This document shows, piece by piece, positions 49,167-62,939 of a DNA stretch of 64,000 nt; the first letter of the stretch is position 1, and each line of letters opens with the position of its first letter. A program made the translations under genes and the position numbers. The notes below the pieces were generated by a model. That model searched no databases. It saw only the letters and a list, made by a program, of their open reading frames with translations, and was not told where the DNA came from. Source of the stretch: Malacoraja senta. Lineage: Eukaryota. Location: NCBI GenBank assembly GCA_038087875.1, contig CM075993.1:4962001-5026000 (forward strand). Direction: 5' to 3'.

Positions 49167-49914
49167 CTTCGCCGAGCGCTGTCCCACGCCCCGGTCCGAC
49201 GAGTCCAGGCGCTTCAGAGACAGGAGCAGCGGCGCTAGTTAAAGGCAGGCGGACCAGAGCGTCACCTCACCGCAAGCTGCTTTGCGGAACATGCTGGTTG
49301 TCCCAGCGTCACTGACTGGAGGGGACCTAGCGACAGGCTGCCTCCCCAGAGCTGTCCCACAATGTCAATGCCTCAAAGCCTTGCCTTAGGTCCCGCAGCC
49401 GCCAGCAACCACCAAGGTGTGTGATATTCACACCTACATAGATAGATGGATACAGAAAGCTGGAGTATTTCAGTATTTCAGTTAATGTCATTTTCACTGA
49501 GTACTTACATACACAGAGGAAACGAAAAATTGTTTCTCAATCAGTTCCTGTCAGTGCAGTTAATAAAAACAGAATAAATACATACAACTTTAAAATTAAC
49601 ATATCTAAAATAGACTTAAAAATTGAACTAAAAACTGATTCAGACCGAACAGTGGCTTTGCTTTGACAGGTGTCTAGTTGTCAAAGTATGGGCGAGGTTA
49701 GATGTGTTGGTGTATGGTGTATGGGGAGGGGACACAGTCCATTAACCAGTTTTACTGCCTGTGGGAAGAAGCTGTGTAGCATCCTGCTGGTTCTGCAGCT
49801 GATGGCAGAATGGAGAAGGTGTGGTGTGATGGGTGACTCAGCAGGGCAGGCAGCATCTCTGGAGAGAAGGAATGGGTGGCATCCAGCGCCGGGAGTCATT
49901 CAGCCCACCGAATC

Positions 49915-50425
49915 CGTGCTATTGAGGGAGTGCAGCGTAGGTTTACAAGGTTAATTCCCGGGATGGCGGGACTGTCATACGCTGAGAGAATGGAGCGGCT
50001 GGGCTTGTACACTCTGGAGTTTAGAAGGATGAGAGGGAATCTTATTGAAACATATAAGATTGTTAAGGGTTTGGACACGCTAGAGGCAGGAAACATGTTC
50101 CCAATGTTGGGGGAGTCCAGAACCAGGGGCCACAGTTTAAGAATAAGAGGTAAGCCGTTTAGAACTGAGACGAGGAAACACTTTTTTTCACAGAGAGTTG
50201 TGAGTCTGTGGAATTCTCTGCCTCAGTGGAGGCCGGTTCTCTGGATACTTTCAAGAGAGAGCTAGATAGGGCTCTTAAAGATAGCGGGGTCAGGGGATAT
50301 GGGGAGAAGGCAGGAACGGGGTACTGATTGTGGATGATCAGCCATGATCACATTGAATGGCGGTGCTGGCTCGAAGGGCCGAATGGCCTACTCCTGCACC
50401 TATTGTCTATTGTCTATTGTCTATT
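49915..50425 (+). mobile_element. CR1/HER1-like LINE 3' fragment (representative of many: 20257-20646, 21925-22465, 23040-23422, 40150-40528, 47523-47900, 53010-53715 etc.)
   Basis: [56 protein letters not shown]; 3' tail gggccgaatggcctactcctgcacc(tattgtc)n. Confidence 0.9.
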
Positions 50426-50820
50426 GTTTCGGGTCGAGACCCTTCTTCAGGGGAGAGGGAAAGGAGTCGAGAAGGGTCTCGACCTGAAACGTCACCCATT
50501 CCTTCTCTCCAGAGATGCTGCCTGTCCCGCTGAGTTACTCCAGATTTTTGTGTCTATCTTCGGTTTAAACCGGCATCTACAGTTCCTTCCTATACGCATG
50601 TAGAACTCGATTCATCCAGTGCCAGGAGTCATTCAGCCCATCGAATCCGTGCTAGCTAGTTGAAAGACTTATCCTATCCACCACCCCCCTCCCCCTCCCT
50701 ATACACTACAAACCTCCTTAGCACAGACGGGGCGCTGGGATTCTCTTCTGTATCGAATCTGGTGACTTATAGAGTCAATGAGAAGTTGATAAAAAGCTAT
50801 GTGTGAAAGATACATCTTCG

Positions 50821-50985
50821 AGATGCGCTGGGACGCATCCTCACTGATGTGATCTGGGGTCATCGGCTGTTTCGGGTCTCACAACATCAGCCACCCTCGC
50901 CCAGGCGACCTGGTGGCTTTCTCTGCGGCTTCGCGTGCGGATTGAACGTCCCCCTTCTTTGCCAGCCCCGTAATCCCCAACTGGT
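50821..50985 (-). mobile_element. Second Hero-like 3' fragment
   Basis: QLGITGLAKKGDVQSAREAAEKATR joined to 3'UTR ..gacccgaaacagccgatgacccc.. Confidence 0.55.
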
Positions 50986-53900
50986 TAATGACAAAGGTGA
51001 TATGAGGATTAACCTCGTTAGAGTCTTTGTCATAGTCCCACAGAGACAGGCCCCTTGGCTCAACACGTCCTTGCCGCCCAACATGTCCCATCCAAGCTGG
51101 TCTTCTATGGAGTCACAGAGAAGTTGATAAAAGACAGAGAATTATTTGACTTGAGATGTTGGCTGTTGGTCGGTGAGTGGTCGAAGCCAAGTCTCATCCT
51201 CTTTGCTCCCTAGGAGTGCTGGATTTGTGGGGCAGTCATTGGGATATGGCCACAAATAGGTGTCAGAAGGACTGAAGCTCCGTAAAGAACCCAGTCTGTC
51301 GTTAGATAGACTGGCTCCCCCTCACACCCTCCCCCCTTCCCCCTCCCCCCCTCCCCTCCCCAAATCTTTCCACATCCACAATCCTTTCCACTCATCACAT
51401 TAATTTCACGTTTCACGTATCTTGTGTTTGATGACTGTTGGCAGATCAATTTCCCTCTTGGGATAAATAAAGTTCTATGGTATCGTAAGATCATGGCCCA
51501 TTCGATAACCTTGTTTACAATATCAGGTACTGAAAGGCTGCTGCTCCCCACTGTCAAAGGTGAGAGGGCACTTTGAACCATTTGCCTTCTCAGCTCAATG
51601 TAGAAAGAAGAGGAGCAATGCTCTCCCTGGTGTCCTGACCACTGCTTATCCATCAACAACATTAGCTCCAGTGCATAATTAGTGGTAAAATGCTCAGATC
51701 CGTTCTAAGTAACAGCAAACCCTTTCTTTTTCTTTGAAGAGGAACAAAAGCTTCTTCCAGGATTAGACCACATTTGTAATGGTCTCAGATGTGAAAAGGT
51801 GAGACAGCAACAATCCGCCCGTCTTGTGAAACTCGTTGGTTGTACTAATCCTACTGCAGTTGATGAAAGAAACACTTCATCGTGCCTGAGGTTTAAAGCC
51901 AGGTGCCTGGTTTAAATGCTGCACCAATGCTGACTCACTATTCCAGCAAAGAAATTCACTACTCTGATTAATTTGGATGTGATCCTCATACAACATAGAA
52001 CCAACCGTACAGGCACAACATGCTGGAGTGACTCGGCGGGACAGGCAGCATCTCTGGAGAGAAGGAATGGGTCGAGACCCATCTTCAGTCACCCATTCCT
52101 TCTCTCCAGAGATGCTGCCTGTCCCACTGAGTTGCTCCAGCATTTTGGGTCTATCTTCGATTGAACCAGCATCTGCAGCTCTTTCTACGCATAGAACCGA
52201 ACAGCACAGCAACAGGCCCTTCAGCCCACAATGTCTGTGCCGAACATGATGCCAAGTTAAACTAATCTCGTCTGGCTGCACGCCATTCCACCATTCCCAG
52301 CATTTCCACGTGTCTATCTACAAGCTTATTAAACGCCGCCATCGTATCTGCCTCCACCTCCACCCCTGGCACTGTGTTCCAGGCCCCCCTATTCTCCCTG
52401 TAAAGAAGTCGCCCCGCACATCTCCTTCAAACGTTGCCCCTCACACCTTCTATTCTTTGATATTTCCACTCTGGGGAAAAAGGTTCTGACTGTCTACCCT
52501 GTCTGTGTCTCCCATCATTTTATGTACTTCCCTCAGGTCTCCCCTCAGCCTCTGGCGTTCCAGCGAAAACCAATCCAGGTTTGGAGGTAGACAAAAATGC
52601 TGGAGAAACTCAGCGGGTGAGGCAGCATCTATGGAGCGAAGGAAATAGGCAACGTTTCGGGCCGAAACCCTTCTTCAGACTGGTTTGGAGGACTGACTGT
52701 ACTTTGTGCCTTCCACCACAGTGAAGAATGCCGTGGTGGATGTTTGTGTTCAATTTTTATTGTGTATTGTGTGTTCCTTTTTGATTGTACCGCTGCTGGC
52801 AAATTTCATTTCATTGCACTTTCTTGTGTATGCGATGGACAAATCTGATTGATTGATTGATTGAAGTTTGTTCAACCTCTCCTTGTAGTTAATGTCCCTT
52901 TTCCAAACATCACGGTGATAAACCTCTACACAATGTGGTTCTTCTCCTTGAGTTTAGTTTATTCAAGGTGCGGTTTAATTCATTGTCACGTGCACCGAGT
53001 GTACAGTGAAAAGAATAAGGAGGAAGCCATTTAGAACGGAGACGAGGAAACACTTTTTCTCACAGAGAGTGGTGAGTCTGTGGAATTCTCTGCCTCAGAG
53101 GGCGGTGGAGGCAGGTTCTTTGGATGCTTTCAAGAGAGAGCTAGATAGGGCTCTTAAAAATAGTGGAGTCCTAGAATTTAGGAGATTGAGAGGGGATCTT
53201 ATAGAAACTTACAAAATTCTTATGGGGTTGGACAGGCTAGATGCAGGAAGATTGCTCCCGATGTTGGGGAAGTCCAGGACAAGGGGTCACAGCTTAAGGA
53301 TAAGGGGGAAATCCTTTAAAACCGAGATGAGAAGAACTTTTTTCACACAGAGAGTGGTGAATCTCTGGAACTCTCTGCCACAGAGGGTAGTCGAGGCCAG
53401 TTCATTGGCTATATTTAAGAGGGAGTTAGATGTGGCCCTTGTGGCTAAAGGGATCAGAGGGTATGGAGAGAAGGCAGGTACGGGATACTGAGTTGGATGA
53501 TCAGCCATGATCATATTGAATGGCGGTGCAGGCTCGAAGGGCCGAATGGCCTACTCCTGCACCTAATTTCTATGTTTCTATATGTTTCTATATGGGGAGA
53601 AGGCAGGAACGGGGTACTGATTGGGGATGATCAGCCATGATCACATTGAATGGCGGTGCTGGCTCGAAGGGCCGAATGGCCTACTCCTGCACCTATTGTC
53701 TATTGTCTATTGTCTAAAAGCTTTTGTTGCGTGCTATCCAGCTAGCGGAAAGACAATACATGATTACAATCGAGCTACCCACAGTGTACAGATACAGGAT
53801 ATTGTGAATAACATTTAGTGCAAGATAAAGTCTAGTAATGGCCGAACATAGATAATCTGAGGGTCTCCAATGAGGTAGATAGTAGTTCAGGATTGCTCTC

Positions 53901-54189
53901 TGGTTGTGGGTTGGATGGTTCAGTTGCCTGATAGCAGCTGGGCAGAAACTGTCCCTGAATCTGGAGGTAGACAAAAATGCTGGAGAAACTCAGCGGGTGA
54001 GGATTCCTCACTGAGAAAGCATCTATGGAGAGAAGGAATAGGCGAGGTTTCGGGTCGAGACCCTTCTTCCGACTGTTTACAAATACACAGGACTAGATGT
54101 TAAAAGTCCAAAGTGCCAAATATCAATTTACCCCCGATGGTGATGGGAGCCTTCTGCACTCACCTACGTTCCTCCGATGTTGAGGAAGG

Positions 54190-54430
54190 CTAGGCAGACA
54201 CGTCATTGGGGATATCAAGTGGGCACCTACGTTCATCGGCGTTCCGCTGATTGAACCCACGACGTCTCCAGTAGGCTCAGCGGTGCATTCTGGCGTCCCA
54301 GAACCACCCCCCTCTGCATCTGTCTAGTTGGTTATTTGGGAGACCAAATGGGGTCTTTCCGCTTCAGCCAGAGCCACTGGCTACTCCGTGATGTTTCCTT
54401 GATGGCCTGGCGTAGGGCTTGTCCGCTGGA
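54190..54430 (-). mobile_element. Hero-like (RLE non-LTR) retrotransposon 3' end
   Basis: GQALRQAIKETSRSSQWLWLKRKDPIWSPK* resembles recalled Hero ORF C-termini; followed by a GC-rich 3'UTR. Confidence 0.6.
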
Positions 54431-56725
54431 GGTGCCTCTCTCTCTCTCTCTCTGGTGCAGAGAATGTTTACAGATAGTACCCAGAGCAGAGGGACTGGAA
54501 TCAGCATCATCACACTGGTGACTTGATTGAGTTACCCGCCTCCTGGCACTCAACGGAGGTTGTAATCTTCATTTATATTTCTGCTGATTGGATTGTCCGG
54601 GCAGCTGGTTTCTGTACAGTATGGACACTGGCTTCTGATTGCCATCGCTCAGCATTCACCAAGTCGTCCTCTGCTTCTGGCAATACCTTCTGTGCATTAA
54701 CGAGATTATCCTGGGCAGAGAGATGCAAAACATGCAACTCCACTCAAAGACACATCTATAAATCTTGATTACAAATCCATCGTTTCTGCACGGGATGACA
54801 TTATTATTCCAAACCAGTGATTCTAACCCATGATTCTAACTTTGTGTCCTGTTGATTTAGTGCAGAATCAGCTGTGTCTCAGTTGAGTCAACCCTTCTGG
54901 GATGAAGTCCCACTTTAGACATCTGAGCATGAAATCTAAACTGACACTCCCATTGCGGTGCTGGGTGCAAGCCCATTGAAGTAGCTGTGTAAAACCCCTG
55001 TCTCACGGTGCGAGCTGACCCACGAGGTACCCCGAGCTTAAAACAAATTTAACTCGTGGTAATCACGTACGATTAACGTAGCGGGAACGTCGGAACTCGT
55101 GGAAGCAACTTAGCGACTCGTGGCGCTAATGGCAGGTACCCGTGAAACTGTTAGCATCATGGAGTCATAGAGAAGAGAAACAGTCCCTTCGGCCCAACTC
55201 GTCCGCGATGTCCAAGATGTTTCATCTACACTCGTCCCACCTGCTTACGTTTGTTCCATATCCCTCCATAACGAACTGCCAGAGGAGGTTATTAAGGCAG
55301 GAACTGTAACAGTTTAGAGCAACAGGCCCTTCAGTTCACTGAGTCCACACCAACCAGCGATCCCCGCACATTAACACTATCCTACATACACCAGGGACAA
55401 TTTTACATTTACCAAGCCAATTAACCGTCATGCTTTCAAGAGCGAGCTAGATAGGGCTCTTAAAAATAGCGGAGTCAGGGGATATGGGGAGAAGGCAGGA
55501 ATGGGGTACTGATTGGGGATGATCAGCCATAATCACATTGAATGGCGGTACTGGCTCGAAGGGCCGAATGGCCTACTCCTGCACCTATTGTCAATTGTCT
55601 ATTGTCTAACCTACAAACCTGTACGTCTTTGGAGTGTTGGGATCAAAACCGTGGGAGAAAACCCACGCAGGTCCTGGGGAGAAGGTGCAAACTCCGTACA
55701 GACAAGCACCCGTAGTCAGGGTCGAACACGGGTCTCTGGTGCTGTAATCAGAATCAGAATCAGAATCGCACTTTGTTCGCCAAGTATGTTTTGCAACATA
55801 CGAGGAATTTCATTGGCCAGGTCAGTCATACATTTAAAAGCAACAAATCACTCACAAAAACACATTTTAACATGAACATCCACCACAGTGACTCCTCCAC
55901 ATTCCTCACTGTGATGGAAGGCAAAATAAAGTTCAGGTCCCTTCCCTTAGTTCTTCCTCGGTCGTGGGCCTCGAGCCCCCGTTGACAGGACGATCTTGAC
56001 TCCCGTAGCCGGCGGCGTTCGGGCCCTCCGCGTCGAGGCGATCAGCTCCTGCATCGGGGGGGATGTCAGCTCCCCCGCTCCGGGCGATCGAACCTCGCGT
56101 CGGGGCTGGTCGAACCTTCTGGGTCGTTCGCGCTCCCGACTCCTGACGGCCAGCTTGATGGTAAAGTCCGCAGGCCGCGGTGGGAGCGATCCCAGGCGAG
56201 GGATCAGCTCCGATGTTAAGTCCGCGCCCCGCGGTGGGGCTCACGACAGTCTGAGGAGGCTTCCAGCTCCATCGATGGAAGGCCGCAGAGCGCCCGGAGA
56301 ATGCGATCCGAACATTAATCACATCTCCGGCAAGGTAAGAACCTGGAAAAAAAGTTTCCCCGATCCTCTCCCCCCTCCTCCCCCCTCCTCCCCAACTAAA
56401 AAAAAACGAAGAACATTAAAACAAACTTTAAAAAATAACAAAAAGAATGGAAAAACGGACAGACTGCCGGCAGGGCAGCCATCTCCCCTGCGCCCCCTGG
56501 TGGTCTTTACAGTAGCTCTACCGCAGTGCTGTCCAAGTACATGGATGGGAAAGTTTTAGAGGGATATGGAGCAAACACGGGCAGGTGGGATTAGTGTAGA
56601 TGGGGCATCTTGGTCGGCGTGGACCAAAGGGCCTGTCTCCATGCTGTACGAGTATTTCGATTCTGTGTTCTGGAGTCCACATCTACATTAGAAACTGCTC
56701 AAGTAAACTCGTCCATCTTAACTTA

Positions 56726-57273
56726 AGGCTCTGTCTTACCTGTTTGCGGTCATCGGCGGTGAAGCGCGGCGTCGCCGGTAGCGGGGACCGCACGGCAACG
56801 GCGAGAGCGCCGAGCCTATCCACTGGAGCACCGCACGGATGCTGCGCGGGGGCCGAGTTAATTCAAATACCGCTGGTCCCATGTGCTTGCGGTAAGTAAA
56901 AAAAAGGGCAGGCACGTGACTCACTAGCGGCGGCTGTGGCGGCGGCCGTCCTGATCGCGGCGCTGTAGCGGTGTCTGTGCCTGCGGCCGTGCCGCACACG
57001 TGCCTCACTGGCGGAGGCTGCGGCAGTGGAGGTTTGACGCACGGCGCTCGAGCCACACTGGCGGCGGCCCGTGCGGGCGGCCGTGCCGCACTCGTGCATC
57101 ACTGGTGGAGGTTGTGCGGTAAGAATATAGTTTTAAACAGTGTCGGTTTTATTTTAGCACCGTGCGGTGTTGGGAACGGCCCCGGAATTGTGCGTTCTCA
57201 CGAGTGCGCGGTCTATGGCGGCAGATTCTTCCCGTTTCGCCGCCAATGACTGCAGACTCGTGAGACAGGCCTT
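56726..57273. mobile_element. GC-rich Harbinger-like MITE
   Basis: About 40-bp imperfect TIRs (aggctctgtcttac..gcggtcatcggcggtgaa / ttcgccgccaatgactgcagactcgtgagacaggcctt), TTA flanks. Confidence 0.7.
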
Positions 57274-60178
57274 TTACTGCTTCCATTGGTAGTCCATGGG
57301 GCTACTGCAGTGCCCTTGCTGGCAGAAGTGTGCAATTGCAGCGTGACATGTTTACATCGCGAGTTTCCATTGTAAGTCCAGGCAAAGAAATCGTAACAGC
57401 AATATCGAAAAGGAAATAAGCCGAGGCTTCAAATAAATGATTGGTTTTGAGGCAGTGACTTTTACAACAATTAGGCTATTCTGTCTTACAGAATAAAGAG
57501 TTCCACCTTTAAACGCAGAAGATTCTGGCAAAGCACAGCAGTTTTTCAAGGACGTGATTCGATTAGCAGAATTTAGTTGAAAGAACTAATCAGCACTCTT
57601 CCCCAGGCTTGTGGCTGCAAATGATTTGATAATTTGCTCCCAGGATAATGATCTCATGTTTTCACAGGGACCGCGTTTAACCCGTTAAATGCTGGGCTGT
57701 GTTGTTGTCTTGTGGAATTTATGATCAGAATAGTCCTCTGGGTGAACTGAGTTGGAGAGATAAATGTAAACCAGAGGAGACTAAAGCTTCCAAGCCCGGA
57801 CTTAGAAACCGAAACATAGAAACATAGAAAATAGGTGTAGGAGTAGGCCATTCGACCCTTCGAGCCAGCATCATCATTCAATATGATCATGGCTGATCAT
57901 CCAAAATCAGTACCCCGTTCCTTTTTCCCATATCCCTTGATTCCGTTAGATCTAAGAGCTCTATCCAACTCTCTCTTCAATACATCCAGTGAATTGGCCT
58001 CCACTGCCTTCCGTGGTAGAGAATTCCATTTAACGGGACAATCTTAAATCACTCTCAAGCGTAATGCACTTGCTCTGCACTTGCGTCAGTTGTAATGAAG
58101 TCATTAGCAGGGGCAATGTTCACAAGGGCATAAGTGAGATGAGCAGAATTAGGCCATTCGGCCCATCAAGTGCATTCTGCCATTCAATCAATTCTTCAGA
58201 CTGAAGAAGGGTTTCGGCCCGAAACGTTGCCTATTTCCTTCGCTCCATAGATGCTGCCTCACCCGCTGAGTTTCTCCAGCACTTTTGTCTACCTTCGATT
58301 TTCCAGCATCTGCAGTTCCTTCTTAAACATAGATTGGGAGTTTAGTTTTTGCCTCGAGGGATGGTGAAGACAACACACGACCACAAGACACACGATTATT
58401 GCTACAAGACTCATTTGTATTCGACACGACACGGATGAAACAGTTAGTAAGAACGAAAAGTTATATGAATCATTTCTTTGTTTTAAACTACTTCAATAAA
58501 AGACCAATTAACAAGAAACAAAGGCTGGAAGATTCGTTTTTGCTATCTGCTTGTGCGAAAGCCATATCTCCACCACATCCCCGAGTAGCATTGGCTATCA
58601 AAGTTGGACATTGAGAAAGTTAAAGAAATTGCCATTACAAAATGTTGTGATGTGAAGATAGACACGAAATGCTGGAGTAACTCAGCAGGACAGGCAGCAT
58701 CTCTGGAGAGAAGGAATGGGTTATGGACTGAACTATGATGTGAAGGAGACCATTCAGCCCATTACTAGGTCCTGGCACTGCAATCCCATCAGTCTCACTC
58801 CCCACCTTCTCACCAACTGCCCTTTGATGTATTTGGCACTTCCCTGCACTCTGAGTAATCTACAGCAACCATCACATTTTCGGGGTGTGGGTGGAAGCCA
58901 GAGCACGCCTTGGGTTGTGGAAGCAGACCTGAACGCCCTATGTGGTCGTGCAAACTCCACCCGGTCAGCACCCAAGGCCAGGATGGAACCTGTTGGAACC
59001 TGGAGATGCGAGGAGCAGCACTACCTGCCGCTTTAGTTAGGACCTCAGCTCTACCGGGGATTGGAGGTACACCTTCCCTTTAAGACACGGCCAAGCGTTC
59101 CACTGAGAAGGCGGCTTTGCACACCAGTGAGAGATGTCTTGAAGGCATTGCCATCTGTTTGACGGGGAGATGCCATCTGCCTGGTGCTCAGGGAATGGGT
59201 TGTTGAGGCATCGCACTTGGGCCGATGCAGTCGGATGCCTTTCCCAAGGAGAATTTATTTTTTTACAACGCTTCAGATTTGGGGAACTGCAGGAAGTTTT
59301 TTCACTTGTCCATATTATGCGAACTCATATCCTGTTGAATGACATGCTTTACCTTGAATACAAAGCGCTGGCGTAACTCAGCGGGTCGGTCAGGCAGAAT
59401 CTCTGGAGATGTTTTTATTTATTGGGTATGGTGTTCACAAACCTGTGGTGCAGCTGCTGCTGCAAGTAAGTATTTCATTATTCGTTTTCGAGACATAAAT
59501 CAATAAAACACTCTTGATTCTTAGAGGGTGGCACAGCGGCACAGCGGTGGAGTTGCTGCCTTACAGCACCAGAGACCCGAATTTGATTCTGACCAAGGGT
59601 GCTGTCTGTACGGACTTTGTACCTTCTCCCTGTGACTGCGTGGGTTTTCTCCAGGTGCTCCAGTTTCCCCCCACGTCACCAAGATGTGCAGGTTTGTAGG
59701 TTAACTTGTAAAAATTATCCCTAGTGTGTGTAGGATAGTGTTAGTGTATGGGGTGATCGCTGGTCGGCATGGACTCGGTGGGCCGAAGGGCCTGTTTCCA
59801 CACCTCTAATATCTCTAAAGTCCAAAGGCAACGTTTCAGGTTTGACCCATCTTCAGACTGAAGGAGAATCCCGATGTGAAACGTTGCCTATCCCTGTTCT
59901 ACAGAGGTGCTGCCTGACCCGCTGAGTACCTCGTGTTCCACACAAGATTCCAGCATCTGTAGTTCCATGTGTCTCTGTATACATTTTGCCTCGATGAAGA
60001 TCGTCCATCCCAGGAGAAACATGATATTCTCACCATTGTCACAAAGACCCAGTGTAGCTGTAGCTAGCAATCCATGCACAGCTCACATCATCTTGCAATG
60101 AAGGCAATGTACCATTTGCCTTGCTAGCTGCTTCCTGCACCTGAATCCTCGCACTCATGGATTGCAATGACTCAGTAA

Positions 60179-60414
60179 AGGGCCTGTCCCACGTGGCCGT
60201 CATTTGCACGTCACGCAGATGGCGCGCGAAGATTTTGTACATCACAACATCCTACGACGCCGCGCGTCACTGCCCATGTCATCGCACACCTTGCGTGCGT
60301 TATGCGCTCCATTCGCGCATCACGTGCGTGTCACATCATGCGCGTCGTGCATCGTGACGCGTAAATGATGTCGCGTAATTTACGCGCAAATGACGGCCAA
60401 GTGGGACAGGCCCT
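60179..60414. mobile_element. PIF/Harbinger-type MITE, complete
   Basis: TIR AGGGCCTGTCCCAC(G/T)TGGCCGTCATTTGC, TAA TSD on both sides. Confidence 0.85.
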
Positions 60415-62687
60415 TAAGACTGCTGCAGTTAGCATGGCTTCCTAGGGACCTTGTTATACTTTGCTCATTTTAAATGCTCCTGGAAGGCATCTGATAGCGT
60501 AGGAGCGAGTGGTATTCCAAATAATTCAGTTGTGTTATATGATTGTGAAGTAACAGGTTGAAAACGTTGTTAAATGAATAGAAGGAAAGTAAGTTTCTGC
60601 GAACACAATGAGGGCAGCCAATACAAGCCCAGTAGGGTGGCACAGTGGCACAGGTGGTAGAGCTGCTACGTCACATCGCCAGAGACACAGGATCCATCTT
60701 GACTACCGGTCCAGTTTTCTCCTTCTCCCTGTGACCACGTGCATTTCCTCCAAGTGCTCCAGTTTCCGCCCATGTCCCGAAGGCGTGTGGGTTTGCAGGT
60801 TAATTGACCGATATAAGGTAGCCCCGAATGTGTAGGGGTTGGATGGGAAATTCCAGAGTTCATAGCCACAGAATTAAAGGGCGCTCTTTTGGAAAAGGAG
60901 GTGAGGAGGAACTTCTATAGTCAGAGGGTAGTTAATCTGTGGAACTCATTGGCACGGAGGGCTGTGGAGGCCAAGTCAGTGGCAGAGATAGACAAATTAT
61001 TGATTAATATGGGTGTCGAGGGTTATGGGGAGAAGGCAGGAGAATGGGATTAGGAGTGTTCAAGAAGGAACTGCAGATGCTGGAAAATCGAAGGTAGACA
61101 AAAATGCTGGAGAAACTCAGCGGGTGCAGCAGCATCTATGGAGCGAAGGAAATAGGCCGAAACCCTTCTTCAGACTGATGCAGGGAGCATCAGGGTTTAG
61201 GAGGCAGAGATCAGCCATGATTGAATGGCGGAGTGGACTTGATGGGCCGAATGGCCTAATTCTACTTCTGTTCCTTTTGGCCTTATGAGTGGGTGACGTT
61301 TCGGGTCGTGACCCTTCAATCCCAAAACGTCACCCATTCCTTCTCTCCAGAGATGCTGCCTGTCCTGCTGAGTTACTCCAGCATTTGGTGTCTATCTTCG
61401 GTTTAAACCAGCATCTGCAGTTCCTTCCGACACCTACATTGCAGCTGCGTTTTAATTGTAAGTTCGAAGTATGAGGACTGATTCTTAGCTCTGCCTGTTG
61501 GTCTGTGGATAATATATGCTGACCGTCCCTGCACATCAAATGGTCCAGATATCATCCATGTTAGAATTAGTGTAAAGATAATGACTTGAGAGCCATGAGT
61601 CAGTGTAATGGATGTTGAAGGGAGGCCCTTCATAAAAAATGTACGCTAATGTAATTACATGCTAATAAGAATCACTCCACTGGCATCATTGACCTTGGCT
61701 TAACGAGGAGGCATTTACCTCCCTATTCAATCAGAGAAAAACATTTCCTTCGATTTACTCTCCACAGTTACAGCAGGGAAGCAAACCTGAGGTGTAATCA
61801 AGAGGGGTAAATGGCCCGCACTTAGCTCCAGGCAGGAAGTCATGTTGCAGTTTTATAGGGCCTCGGTTAGGCTGCATTTAGCTTAGGTTAGAGATACAGT
61901 GCGGAAACAGGCCCTTCGGCCCACCGGGTCCGCGCCGACCAGCGATCCCCGCACATTAACGCCATCCCGCTAGGGACATTTTTACATTTACCTAGCCGAT
62001 TAATTTACATACCTGCACGTCTTTGGAGTGCGGGGGGGGAAACCGAAGATCTCGGAGAAAACCCACGCAGGTCACGGGGAGAACGGGCAGACCCCGTACA
62101 GACAGCACCCGTGGTCGGGATTGAACCCGGGTCCCTGGCGCTGTGAGGCAGCAACTCTACCGTTACACCACTGCGTTGCGTAGATGTGATGGGCAGGTTG
62201 GCAGGCAAGTTGGAATGAAGTACAGGTTACTCCATCCTCCTCCCTCACTCCCTCCCTCCTAGTGAAAAGCTTTTGTTGCGTGCTAACCAGTCAGCGGAAA
62301 CACAATACATGATTACAATCGAGCCCTTCACAGTGTACAGATACATGATAAGGGAAGAGTCAAGAATCAAGATGGGACAATGAAATTCTTACTTGCTGCA
62401 GCACAACAGAATATGTAAATATGTAAATATTGTACATAACGGGGGAAGAGAAAAAAAAGAAAAAGCTCAACAAATAACAAATATATAGTGCAATAATAAT
62501 ATAGCCTTTTGCAGCTCAGAGCTTATTCGCTGTTGTGTTTAATAGCCTGATGGCTGCAGGGACGAAGCTGTTCCTGAACCTGGACGTTACAGTTTTCAGG
62601 CCTTCCTGTACCTTCTTCCTGATGGCAGTGGTGAGATGAGTGTGTGGCCTGGATGGTGTGGGTCTTTGATGATCTTGGCTGCCTTTT

Positions 62688-62939
62688 TGAGGCAGCGGCT
62701 ACGATAGATGAGGCAGCGGCTACGATAGATGAGGCAGCAGCTACGATAGATGAGGCAGCGGCTACGATAGATGAGGCAGCGGCTACGATAGATGAGGCAG
62801 CGGCTACGATAGATGAGGCAGCGACTACGATAGATGAGGCAGCGGCTACGATAGATGAGGCAGCGACTACGATAGATGAGGCAGCGACTACGATAGATGA
62901 GGCAGCGACTACGATAGATGAGGCAGCGACTACGATAGA
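62688..62939. repeat. 21-bp minisatellite x12 (TGAGGCAGCGRCTACGATAGA)
   Basis: 252 bp = 12 units with single-base variants. Confidence 0.97.

Noticed and set aside
54573..54710. Possible minus-strand terminal exon (ctctctgcccag|DNLVNAQKVLPEAEDDL...*)
   Set aside because: No recognisable homology and no upstream partner exon found.
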